DNA from: the human T2T-CHM13v2.0 reference genome, Homo sapiens
DNA: 64,000 nucleotides
Direction: 5' to 3'
Assembly: GCA_009914755.4 (NCBI GenBank)
Contig: CP068257.2
Location: forward strand, 40,832,001 to 40,896,000
The notes under the pieces were generated by a model. The model ran no database searches. It saw only the letters and a program-made list of their open reading frames with translations, and was not told the origin of the DNA. A program made the translations under genes and the position numbers. The stretch's first letter is position 1. Each line of letters opens with the position of its first letter. Shown piece by piece: positions 1-12,056 of this stretch.

Positions 1-126
1 AATCAAGATACGAGTGGAACCTGGAATCTTTGAATGGACAAAATGGGAAGCTGGCAAAACCACCCCAACCCTCATGAGCCTGGAAGAGCTGAAAGAGGCA
101 AATTTCAACATTGACACTGATTACAG
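1..126 (+). CDS. UBASH3A: UBASH3A coding exon, 5'-truncated by the window edge (PGM/histidine-phosphatase domain; ...IKIRVEPGIFEWTKWEAGKTTPTLMSLEELKEANFNIDTDYR)
   Basis: Open frame from nt 2 with GT donor at 127-128 (gattacag|gtatgc). Strong paralogue similarity to STS-1/UBASH3B PGM domain (LKIRVEPGLFEWTKW...VDTTYRP). Continues in frame into the next exon. The 5' end of the exon probably lies before the window. Confidence 0.75.
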
Positions 127-841
127 GTATGCTGTTCTAAAGTTCTCTGCCACTGGGGCTTTTCCAGTTATTGTTAAAGAAAAATTTCATGACACTGTTA
201 AAATGGTAAGAAAGACTTTATTCAAGAGGGACCACTGCAGTGGGGTTTTGCAGCAGGGGAGAGAGGTGGGGCTCAACTCCTAATACAAGGAAAAGAGGGG
301 AGTTATAGCCACAGAGCAGGGTGGGGGTCAGTGGATGGAAAATTCCTGAGAAGGTGGGTCATTCTTGCTAAACTGACCTAAATGGAGACTCTTGCTGAAG
401 GCAGGCCAAGGTGATCAGACATCACCTGGGGGGTGGTAGAGGATAAGGAACTTGATCAGATGTCGAAGGTAGGAGGTTCTTGCTAAACTCACTCTGCAAG
501 AACAGACACAGAAGCCCAAGGGTCAAGACCTCATTGAGAAGAAGGTTCAGAGGAGCTGGACTGGAGTTTAGTCAAGGAGAGAGTCTTTGTCATTCTCCAC
601 CCATGTCTGACTCTGCCATCACAGAGCCCTCCTGGTGTTGAGTAAGAATGTGTGCTGGAGATTGACTGTCAGTGCTTTGCCAGTTTTCAGCACAAAACTG
701 GAGCCTGCCTGTTGACCATGAGCCTGCCTTGAGGCAGAGCCATCCTGGAAGAACGTTCTCCTTCCCCAGCTAACTGCAGCTGAGCCTTCCTAATCCCTAC
801 GAAAGTGCCAGGGCAGCAGCCTCTCCTTCTCATCCTTCCAG

Positions 842-948
842 GCCCGCGTTTCCCCTGTCCGCCCTCATGCCGGCCGAGAGCTACCAGGAGTACATGGACA
901 GGTGCACGGCGAGCATGGTGCAAATCGTCAACACCTGTCCGCAGGACA
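842..948 (+). CDS. UBASH3A: UBASH3A coding exon (…R PAFPLSALMPAESYQEYMDRCTASMVQIVNTCPQD…), 107 nt
   Basis: Acceptor tccttccag|G at 840-841 and donor A|gtaagtg at 949-950. Phase is continuous with the previous exon (AG+G=Arg). Aligns with STS-1 ...PHIPISKLVVSESYDTYISRSFQVTKEIISECKSK. Confidence 0.75.
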
Positions 949-993
949 GTAAGTGCCTCACCATCCTCAGTATGAACAGCCCCTGGGGCTTGG

Positions 994-1396
994 GGAATTA
1001 TCTCTGAGATGGAAATTGGCCAATTTTCTGAACCTATGAATGCCCCTACTTCTCCTGCCTGCCCCCGCCCCCATTCTCCAGCAACAAAGTTTTCATCACT
1101 GCTGCTGCTGCTGCAGTAACCGGGTGCACAGACACACACTCCCCTGCCGCCCAGGCCCTGGGACCCCCCATCCTGGGACTGAGTGCTGATGGGAGGGGAA
1201 TGATCTCTGAGATGGAAATTGGCCGATTTTCTGAACCTATGAATGCCCCCACTTCCCCTGCCCGCCCCCCACCATTCTCCAGCAACAAAGTTTTCATCAC
1301 TGCTGCTGCTGGTGCAGTAACCGGGTGCACAGACACACACTCCCCTGCCGCCCAGGCCTTGGAACCCCCCATCCTGGGACTGAATGCTGATGGGAC
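994..1396. repeat. Tandem duplication, 2 copies of ~203 bp at ~92% identity, with a weak partial third copy upstream. Located in the UBASH3A intron.
   Basis: ggaattatctctgagatggaaattggccaattttctgaacctatgaatgcccc... (994-1196) repeats as ggaatgatctctgagatggaaattggccgattttctgaacc... (1197-1396). Confidence 0.85.
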
Positions 1397-2064
1397 CCAG
1401 GCCAGCAGGGTCAGCACAATCCACCCATGTCCAAGGGATTTGAGTCAGCTTCCTGGGAAACAAAAGAGACAGAGAGAGAAAGAACAACCAACTTCCAGGT
1501 GGCGCCCCCTTCCCTGACCCATCACACGGGTCTCCTAACCCTCCCGTGTTGCTTTGTCCTGGATGAAGCATGCACAGAAGCGCTGACTTCCCACGCCTTC
1601 CCCTGAGCTGGCAGGGACAAGCGTGTCTCCTGAGGGAGACCCACTCGGCCTGTGGTCTCCAGGTGTTCTTATCTAAAGCAGGAGTCGTAGCAGGCTCGTG
1701 TGACAAAATAACCGGCTGACCTTTCTAAAGTGAATCAGGTCTGGCTTGGGCGTCAGCCACCGCTACATCCCAGTCTGTGGCTGACGGGGCCCAGGCAGCC
1801 AGCGACCACAGGGGGTGGCTCAGCTCACTTCCTAGGCCTCCCTGAGGCTGGTGGGCAGCTGCTGCGTGCAGAGGAATCCATGAGCGAGGGTGGGACGCAG
1901 GCATCACTGAGCGGTTACCAGCCACACTACTTCTAGCCCAGGGGTCTCGCCAGGCTTCGGGGCACTCTGAGATAGCTCTGCCCCCCACCACTTTGGGGAC
2001 CCCAGTCTAATAAAAGGTGCTCTCTGGGGCTGCTTTGACCTGGAGGTGTTCTTGTTTTCCACAG

Positions 2065-2174
2065 CGGGTGTCATCCTAATTGTGAGTCACGGCTCCACTC
2101 TGGACTCCTGCACGCGGCCACTGCTCGGGCTGCCGCCCCGGGAATGTGGGGATTTTGCCCAACTCGTGAGAAAG
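2065..2174 (+). CDS. UBASH3A: UBASH3A coding exon (T GVILIVSHGSTLDSCTRPLLGLPPRECGDFAQLVRK), 110 nt
   Basis: Acceptor ttttccacag| at 2061-2064 and donor AAG|gtacgc at 2175-2176. The VSHGS motif is typical of the histidine phosphatase family. Aligns with STS-1 NNILIVAHASSLEACTCQLQGLSPQNSKDFVQMVRK. Confidence 0.8.
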
Positions 2175-4587
2175 GTACGCGCCCACTCTTGGCTCTTTGG
2201 GCCACAAAATCAAGCATCCCGAAGACACAGGTTTATCTCATCCACTTCTCGGAATGAAAACAAGTGTCCGGCTGACCCAGGGCCACCAGGATCCACGTGC
2301 CCCCGGAGACTGTGCCCACCGGCTCTTATGCGAAGGGTGACTTCGGGCTGGGGCTGGTGGATAGGTCAGTCAACCTCATCATCATTGGCCACTTGCCAAC
2401 TTTTTACCAGTCAGCTCATGCCATGACCCCTTGCAGCTCTCGTAGAAAAACAGACGGTCCAGGAAGGAGTAAGCAGTTTAGATGAGGAGGGAAGAAACGA
2501 CTGTGGGACTCGATTCTGGCCTCTTCTGGGGACCTGGGGCAGGGCGGCTGATGGATGAAAAGGAGCCCCTTGATCCTCTTGCCCTTGGAGTCACCCAGCA
2601 TGGAAGAAGCTTGAGCTGGTTGTAGCTGCCAGAGTGCTCAGGCTCTGGCAAGGGCCTTGTGAATGACAAACAGAGGATAACGCACACGTGACATCTTGGA
2701 CAACCTTGATTATCACTTAGCAAAGCCAGAGGGTGATGTCCAGTCCATGGGTGAATTGAGGCAGGCAAACTCAGGAGTGCAGATCCCACCCCAGTCCCAG
2801 CCCTTCCCTGCAGATCTACTCAAGGCTGGACTCACCACAGTCCTGACCTTTTTATGAAATTCATCAGTCCACTGGTCAGTGCCCAGGCAGCACGTGCAGC
2901 ATAGACAATGCCTGTCATCGGAGGTGCTTGAGGCCCTGACCTGGTTTCTTCACATAGCACTGCCACAGGACCACACTGGCCACAGCTTGTTTGCCATAAG
3001 TTGTGGGCAGCAGTGGGGGTTGCTGAGTCCCCCCAAGAGGTCAGGGGCTTCAGAGGAGCCCAACTCCCGGGCCCAGCCCAGTGACACCAGCCAGGTGCCT
3101 GCAGGAGGGCTTAGCTCTCTAGCTACGCCTGCCTCAGCAGCCAGATGAGAGGTTACGCACATGAAGAGCATGCCTGCCGTGGGTCATTGTCACTCAGCAA
3201 TTAGGCATCAGACACCCGAATCTCCCTTTCTTGCTCCATTTTCCTCTGCACCTGAGTAGAAACATGCTTCCCCTGCAAAATGTCTCCAGGGTGGTGTGTC
3301 CCAATTATGATCCAGACATTTCCGAGCGCCCTGGATTCTTGAGCCACCAGGTGAGCATTGTCCAAATAGGGCAGCTCAACCCCCCTGGGCCACACTGGTA
3401 GAGGTCTGCATGGATTTTCCTGGGGACTGTCCGGGGCAGCCCCGGCACCACCTGCTCCCAAAATGTTGCTCTTGCTTCTGCAAATGGGTCTCCCACACAT
3501 GCGCTCTGATGCATTCCTCCTGTCCCTGCCCCGCTTCCCACAGTCCCATATACACATACCAAGCCTCCAGCCCCAGGCGCTCCTGGGGGCCCACGTAACC
3601 AAGGGTGGCAGCACTGCACACACCAGCTGCTGACAGTTCCTCAAACCCATGAGGCTTTGTGGCCAAAGCTCCACCCACTCCTTGGACCCTTCACCCCCTT
3701 CCATAGATGCCAATCTTGAACTTCCAAACTCCTGGACTTTCTTATGCTGGTCACGTGGCGTTCACCCTGCCCCTACCCCAAAATAAGCTGGACTTGCTCA
3801 TGCATATCAGAAAATACAAAGGGGGGGCTCTACCAAATGATGGGCCCCCAAATCAGGGCAGCTGGAAAGGGAGCACTCAGGACCCTCCCCGACCAGCCCA
3901 TCACCGCCCCTCGCCCACAGCCTCTGCAAGCGTGAGGAAAGAATCACCCTAGGGTCAACACCAGCCTCACTCAGACCCCCCTGCCAGTTGGCATTTTTGT
4001 AAATTTCATCTGCCTGAGGAATTTCTAGACATTAGAAAGAGGAAGGAAAGAAAGAAAAGAAAAGACAAAAACAAAAAAGGCTTCACCACAAAGCTCTGTT
4101 CTCACACATCCATTTCACAGATGAAGGGATGGAGGTCTAAAGGTTCACTTTGTGCTTTTCTTTTGGGTCTGAAAACTCAATGTCTGTGTCTTTTTGTGAT
4201 GCTGAATATGAGAATATGAGTCACTCCTTAAGTGGTGGATGGCAATCTCCACCTCAGCCTGCAGACCTTTGTGGTGGGGGCTGTTCTACTCATTGTAGGA
4301 TGTACCACCTTGTAGGACCTCTACCTGCTAGGTGTCGGCAGCACCTCCATCCTCAGTTGTGACAATCAGAAATGTCTCCGGAATTACCCAGTGTCCCCTG
4401 GCTAGGGGACATCCCCCACGGGGCACCGCCAGGGCAGATGTTGGTGCCATTCAATGGTGGCAGTGCCAGCCTGGGCAGTCGCAGACCCTCCAAAGTAGAG
4501 GTGTGCCTGACAGTTGGCTTTGGAGCTAGTCTGAAATTGATGGACTTGCTATAAGATATTAACAAGTGATTTAAAACTCTGTTCCAG

Positions 4588-4725
4588 ATCCCTTCCCTGG
4601 GCATGTGCTTCTGTGAAGAAAATAAAGAGGAAGGAAAATGGGAGTTGGTGAACCCACCGGTGAAGACCCTGACCCACGGGGCGAACGCAGCATTTAACTG
4701 GAGGAACTGGATCTCAGGCAACTGA
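4588..4725 (+). CDS. UBASH3A: UBASH3A terminal coding exon (IPSLGMCFCEENKEEGKWELVNPPVKTLTHGANAAFNWRNWISGN*), stop TGA 4723-4725
   Basis: Acceptor ctctgttccag| at 4581-4587, in frame with the previous exon (phase 0), and 46 codons to TGA. Aligns with the STS-1 C-terminus IPYLGFCSCEELGETGIWQLTDPP... Confidence 0.8.
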   Translation: MPSLGMCFCEENKEEGKWELVNPPVKTLTHGANAAFNWRNWISGN

Positions 4726-5177
4726 GAGCCACGGTGATGTTGTCATAACCTCAGAGTGGAGAGGCAGAAACCATGTGCAGAGGCTGGGAGATGCTGCTGT
4801 TTCCAGAGGCGTCTTAGTCTCACCCAATGTGATTTGTAGAAGCACGAGACGCACTTTTATATCCCGGAATATTTCCCTCCGGCTTTCGCCTTTGTAACTC
4901 CCATCTGTGGACCCATCGTCCACCAGCCCAGCTGCGGGGAGCACAGGGCAGGTGGCTGGGTGAGGATGCCGCCCTGCAGCATGTACACCGAGTGTCTGCA
5001 GCTGGGGACACAACTGCCCGGGACTCTAACTTCCAGGAATTAAAGACTCACCACACACGAAGGATCTAACCACTTCATTTTCCATGGTCTAATCATTAAA
5101 TTCCCAATCGTTTTTTCTTTTTCTGGGTCCATCACTCTTTAGCCATATCCACATGGGCTAAAACAGGTGTAATAGTC

Positions 5178-5183
5178 AATAAA
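5178..5183 (+). other. UBASH3A: Candidate UBASH3A polyadenylation signal AATAAA (alternatives ATTAAA near 5039 and 5095)
   Basis: AATAAA lies ~455 nt after the stop codon, followed by a GT/CA-rich tract. No other canonical signal is closer to the expected 3'UTR end. Position relative to the real transcript end is inferred, not verified. Confidence 0.4.
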
Positions 5184-5315
5184 ATGGTCCCAGAAAACCA
5201 TCGACCAGGTCAAAACTGGGTTGCTGCTCCGTGCTGTCAACATTCATGTTACTATGTCTCTGTGGTTGCTGTAACCAATGACCACAAACCTGGGGGTCAT
5301 GGAAAGAACACAAAC

Positions 5316-5318
<3 letters not shown>

Positions 5319-5349
<31 letters not shown>

Positions 5350-5648
5350 CACATACACACATGCACATATGCATACAAAGACAGGCACACACGAGCATGC
5401 ACACACACAAACACGTGCACATACACATGCGCACACACATGCACACGCACATGCACACACACGCAGGTACACAAGCATGCAAACACACATACACATACAA
5501 ACGCGTGCATGCATACATGCACACATGAGCACACAAACACATGCACACACTTGCACACATGCACACAAAGGCATACACATGCAATGCACACACACAAACA
5601 CACATGCACACACAGGCACACACACGCTCACATGCACACACACACACG
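5319..5648. repeat. Compound imperfect (CA)n/(CACG)/(CATG) microsatellite, ~330 bp
   Basis: acacacacacacacacacacacaggcacatacacacatgcacatatgcatac... This explains the His/Thr/Cys-rich artefactual ORFs on both strands. Confidence 0.9.
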
Positions 5649-7762
5649 CTGACTCTCCTACGGTTCTGGAGGTTGGCATTTTCTCAGCAGGCTATGTTTC
5701 TTCTGGAGCCTCCAGGGGAGGATCCTTGCCTTTTCTCACTTTTAGAGGCCACCTGCATCCTCCCTCCTCAAGTACAGCGGCGTAGCAGCCTCCAAGCTCT
5801 CTCAGTCTCTGCCTTCACAGCCACATCGCCTTCTGCTTCTGACTCTCCTGCCTCCCTCCTACAAGGGCCCTTGTGTTGACACTGGGCCCACCCAATAACC
5901 CAGGATCAATTCTCATCTCAAGAGCCTTAACCACACATGCAAAGTCCCTTTTGCCACATAAAGTTGCATATTCCCAGGTCCCGGGGATTAGGACATGAAC
6001 ATCTTTGGGGGTTATCCTGTAGCCTGCCATAACATACCCCAATCCTTCCAAGCACAGCGGAGCTGCCCGTACAGGGCCTCGGACATAGGGATTTGAGACA
6101 CTCCCCTTGCAGGCCTTTTTTGGCTTCTCCTATTCTTGTTTCTGATCACGTAGAGGAGAGAAGAGGACTTTGCCAGTGGGAGAAGTAGGCTCCCCCGATT
6201 TAATGGGGCCCCAAAAGAAGGGCCACGAGCAAAGTGGAGTCTGTCCATGATGGTGATGCTGAGGAAGCTGGTCCAGCAGGGGATGGGGTCTCCCCAGTGG
6301 GGAGTCTCATGCCCCAGCCCACAGGTCACACCTGCTCCCACAGCCCACACATGTGGTGCCTCATGCTGCAGGCAGAGATCCCAGCACGGTGTAGTGACAG
6401 TCCATCGGTCTTTCATCTCTTCTAGCCCCCTGATCCAGTGCAGGTGTTATTTCATGATTGCAGTTTGGGGCTGTGGTGGTGGCTCTGTGAGTGCCTTTTA
6501 TAGTGTGAATGCAGAGACAGGGCAGGAAGGACCCATGCTGCACCCTCAGCCTCCCCTGTGAGCACCCAGGCAAGTGGAGGGCAGAACACAAAGGGAGCTC
6601 TTGTAGAAATAAAGATGGTGAACACCCCGGGCTGTGACAAAAACGGCCCACATTGTGTAGAATGCACAGGAGGCCAGACCCAATAAAAGTTTCCTTGCTG
6701 TTTTAGTCAATCAAACACGACCTCCTGAGAAAAAGACGCATCTGTCTGTCCCTTGTTTTATTTCACTAATGATGTAGTTTTTCTGTGTCCAAACATAAAG
6801 AAGTTTGAAGTTGACACAGCCACAGAGAGCAGAGCATGCACCCCACTCACAGGCCTGCTTCGAGTCCAGGCCATACCGAAATGACGTCTTCAGGGAGATT
6901 GTTCTAGACGCATCCCAGCAGATACCGACTAGAGAAGAGATGGATTCACTGGGATGTAGGTGGCTGGGCAGTACGTCCTGCAACAAATACACCCCACCGC
7001 TGGGCACCTGGGTGGTTGTTCTTTCTCCTCGGCAAGTGTGTGGTTGGGTCCAAGTCCCTCCTGGATACCACAGTGCCACGCTCGCTAATCATGATGATGA
7101 ATTAAAGTGCTGCAAGTCAAGGTATGGCATTGAAATCACAGTCACGTGTTCAGGTGGTCTGTAATGAATCTCTGGATTCACCTTCTCAGGGGTGAAGCTT
7201 CCAGGTCCTCCACCCTGGGCAAAGCCAGACACAGGTAATTCCCCTCTCATCCTGCTGGGCTGCTCACAGGTTTTGCAAGGAGAATGAGATGGGTTTGAAA
7301 CTCAGATCTCCAGATCTCCAGATCTAGTGTGCAAGAAATAGCATTTTCTCGATATTCTATGCTTCTGGTTCTGTCAGACCCTCATTCCACCCCCAAGGCA
7401 GAGGACCCCAGTTCAGTGGTTCTGTTCCTCCAGAAGGAACCATTCGCTGTATGGACTGAGCCTTGCGGACAGAGCTGGGCTGGAAAAGGGCAGAGACGGA
7501 AATGCCTGGTGGGATTATCATGATTGGGTGTAAACTGTCTACTCTATGAACCAATAGGAAATCCCAAAAAAAGAAAACAAAAGACACTCTTTTTTCCTTC
7601 CTCTCCCTGGGTGGGTCGCTTTGGTGTTTGTGAGCCAAGTCTGACCCCTGCTGACACCGTCTGGAAGTGGACGTCCTGTCACCAACGCCATCCCAACCCA
7701 TGCCCCACCCACATTCTCTTGTTGACTTCCTCACTGTGTGCTTGAAAAAAAAAACAAGCCTG

Positions 7763-8344
<582 letters not shown>

Positions 8345-8641
8345 CTAAGAAGAAAGAGCTATCATAACCGTCCACCAAAGTACATCTTATTTTAGAACCA
8401 AATTTGAGACTTTTTTAAACGTGATTCATATTGGTGCATATTATGGGCTGAGTTGAATGCTCCCTCCCCCACCCAAATTCAACCAGCCAACAATTCTGCA
8501 AGGATCAGAAGTCGGAAGAAAGGAAAATGGCAGCATCGAATGCACAGCCACAAATCCCAAGAAGGCCCCAGGAGCCTGGGAGTGGCTGCGGAGGAATTTA
8601 GGGCTGGATGGCCCACAGGACATGGTGAGAACCACTACCAT

Positions 8642-8752
8642 GGGCTGAATTGTGTCCCCCTGAAAAGCTATGTTGGAGACTGATATGGTTTGGTTCTGTG
8701 TCCCCACCCAAATCTCATGTTGAATTGTAATCCCCAGTGTTGGGGGAGGGAC
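8642..8752 (+). repeat. Fragment of a MaLR-type LTR (THE1/MST-like 5' end)
   Basis: tgatatggtttggttctgtgtccccacccaaatctcatgttgaattgtaatccccagtgttgggggagggacc. Family assigned from memory. Confidence 0.5.
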
Positions 8753-9227
8753 CCTAACCCTAACCCTATAAACATGGTATTTTTTATATCCTCATATCCT
8801 CATACCATATTTAAACCTATGGTAAGCACCTGCTCTTCCACAGGAACAGCAGATAACTGGAAATCTTAGAGGCCTTCCCAGAACTGGGGTTCATCAGAAC
8901 ATGGGTGGCTCCTGACCCATCACTCCCAGACCCAGAGCTTATGCACCATAGGGGAGAGGTGGTTCAGAAGGGATGTGCAGGACAACTAAAGTACAGTAAC
9001 ATCGAGGTCGCTTGACCTGAGGGCAGGACCTATGGTAAGTACCTGCTTTTATGTAGGTATATACAGTAAAGGGAGCAGTCATAGCAGTGGGGGAAGGAAG
9101 GTGATTAAATAAATGACACTGGGACAACTGGATCACATTTGGGGAAAAGAAGGTTGGAATCACTCCTCATTCCTCATACCAAAAAAAAACATCAAAGATT
9201 TAAATATTTAAAAAAAAAGAAATCATG

Positions 9228-9666
<439 letters not shown>

Positions 9667-10643
9667 TCAGGCGTCCTCTGCACAATTCATGTCAGTCGTG
9701 TCTGCCTTGTCCTGTTGTTGCGGTCTCTCATCGTCTTGTCTGTCACTCCTTCCCAGGGGTTGCAATAGTGACCGTGTGCCGGGCTTCCAGGCAGCCCCAA
9801 GTCCAGTGGGACCAGTGACCCCCCTGCAAAGCTTCTCTGCTCCTATAGGCCAGGATTTCCCAGCCTTGGCACTATTGACATTTGGGGCCAGATACATCTT
9901 TGTCAGAGGACGCCCTGTGCATTGTGGGATGTCCAGCAGCATCCCTGGCCCTCCCCTACTGAAGCAGCAGTACGTCCCTCACCCCAGCCCACCAGTTGTG
10001 ATAAACAAAGATGTCTCCACATGCTGCCAAATGTCCCTGGGGGAGCAGGATCATCCCCAGCTGAGAAGTACCGATGTATTCCCTTCACAGGTCTGCATGG
10101 AACCCTGGCCTCAGGGCTCCCACCAGGGCACTCAGGCATAGCGCGAATGGGCACAGGTGTGTTAGGAGTCTGGAGTCGCACATGTGCACTCCTGCTGAGC
10201 AGACAGACCTTTATGGAGACGAAGGTTGGAAAGGAATCGGTGCACATCTCGAGCTGAACACTTGTGTGATGCTGCTACGGAGGAAGTCCGAGCAGAACTG
10301 GAACTTTGCGGACACTGCCCCTGGACGTAGGTGTGGGCCTGGGCAGGGGGAGCCACGCGGAGGTGCGACCAAGTCCTGCACGGACCTCACTGCCTCCGTG
10401 TGATGTGGTGGCTGTGCTGTGAGGGCAGCTGAGCCCTGTGTCCAGCCTCGTAGTCCTCTTGGCTGGCCCCACACTCAAATTCTAGAACATTTAAGTGCAG
10501 TGCACCGTGGACACCACGAGGCTCCACACTGTTGGACTCCAGTCCTTTAGCCCAGCTGGGAGCAGCCCTGACACAATAATTCTTCAACAGAGGCTTCTCC
10601 TTAACCCTGTCTCATGCTTCTCCTCTCCCCTCATCCCCAAGGC

Positions 10644-10990
10644 CGACAGATGGTGGCTGCACACACATTCAGGAGATTGCAGGAAATAATTTCCAACAGC
10701 AAATGAGACATTAATTATTCAATGCAGATAAACATCAACAACAGCGCTTCATCCAAAGGAATTCCACTGGGATCCAGGGGCTCTGAGTTGGAGCCCAGTT
10801 CGGTCCTCTACTCATGGTGACCTCAGACACAGTCTCTGTGTCTCGGGCTCACTGCTGTAAAATCATGCGGCCTGTCGATGGGTCCATGTCACTTGCAGCA
10901 TCTTAGTCCTCATTCTGGAGGACACGTGCCCTCTTAGCAGTGAGCCCTGGAGGGGCTGACTCGCAGTGTCTGCTGTGTTTTCCAGTTTCC
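10644..10990. repeat. Left arm of a large inverted duplication. Partner is at 11741-12056. Arms ~330 bp, ~90% identity, ~750-bp spacer.
   Basis: Reverse complement of 11741-12056 aligns with this region: ggctgcacacacattcaggagattgcaggaaataatttccaacagcaaatgagacatta...cagtgagccctggaggggctgactcgcag. Confidence 0.85.
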
Positions 10991-11740
10991 ATGATGTAAA
11001 TGCACCAGGGCTGATTCTGGGCTGCCAGTGTTTTGACAATTGATTTGCAGACTGCGTGAAAATTTAAAACTCAGCTCTCTTGAGCTGATATGAGCCACCC
11101 CAGCCCACCCCTGCAGCAGGCACGAACGTTAGTTTGCAGGGAGAGGCCAGCTGAGCTGCTGCACAGACCTGCTGGGATCATCACAGCTGTGCGCTTCAGG
11201 CCAGTGCCTCTTCCTGTAAAAGGAAACAACATTCTCTCTACAGAGGATGGAAGGACAGAAGGGCTGAGGCCCATGTGCAGGCGGGGTCAGGAGAGAGAGG
11301 AGGCCAAGTCCCTGGGTCTAGGAAAGACGGGTGGGTGGAGCCAGGCCAGGGGCACTAAGTGGAACGCTGTCTGCTCCCTGCGGAGCACTGGACAGACTTT
11401 TGGTTCCAGGGATTCATCCCGAGCTGTGTCTCTTCCGGGATCCTTGGCCAGCAGCGACTCTGGCACCTGGAGCACACCTGAAGAGAGCCCCCAAGCTCTC
11501 GCCTCTCTCCAGCCCTGCTATCCAACCAGATGTTCCCACTCCTGCTCCTCCCTGCCTCATCGCCTCAGCCGCCCGGGGTGAGCCACCTACTCTCCCAAGG
11601 CAAGACACAGCCGGCATGCTTCACACACTCACCTTGAAGTTCAGGGTTGGAAGGTCAGTCCATCCAGCTGAAGTTCACTGCTAGAGATGTAATTGAATCA
11701 GCCCTGGCAGGAGCATTTGGACCACAGGAATAGGTAAACA

Positions 11741-12056
11741 CGGCTGCGAGTCAGCCCCTCCAGGGCTCACTGCTAAGAGGGCACATCGTGTCCTCCAGAA
11801 TGAGGACTAAGATGCTGCAAGTGACGTGGACCCATCGACAGGCCACATGATTTTACAACGGTGGGCCCGAGGCACAGAGACTCTGTCCGAGGTCACCATG
11901 AGTAGAGGACGGAACTGAGCTTTAACTCAGATCCCAGTGGAATTCCTTCGGATGAAGCGCTGTTGTTGTTTATCAGCATTGAATAACTAATGTCTCATTT
12001 GCTGTTGGAAATTATTTCCTGCAATCTCCTGAATGTGTGTGCAGCCGCTGTCTGCC
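11741..12056. repeat. Right arm of the inverted duplication (see 10644-10990)
   Basis: cggctgcgagtcagcccctccagggctcactgctaagagggcaca...tcctgaatgtgtgtgcagccgctgtctgcc is the reverse complement of the left arm. Confidence 0.85.

Noticed and set aside
687-1706. 339-aa ORF on the - strand, the longest in the track
   Set aside because: It spans the ~203-bp tandem duplication in a UBASH3A intron. It is low-complexity (G/S/A-rich), internally repeated and shows no domain-like sequence. It is an artefact of GC-rich duplicated DNA.
2395-2485. Apparent acceptor (cccttgcag|) followed by a short frame ending in a stop. I first took this for the UBASH3A terminal exon.
   Set aside because: The genuine terminal exon, with clear STS-1 paralogy and in-frame continuity from exon 2065-2174, is at 4588-4725. 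The 2395 segment has no paralogue support.
5184-5879. Overlapping His/Thr/Cys-rich ORFs on four frames
   Set aside because: Translation of the (CA)n/(CATG) microsatellite.
8748-8766. Telomere-like hexamers (CCCTAA x ~3)
   Set aside because: Only about three units, embedded at the edge of an LTR fragment. It is too short to call an interstitial telomeric sequence of significance.
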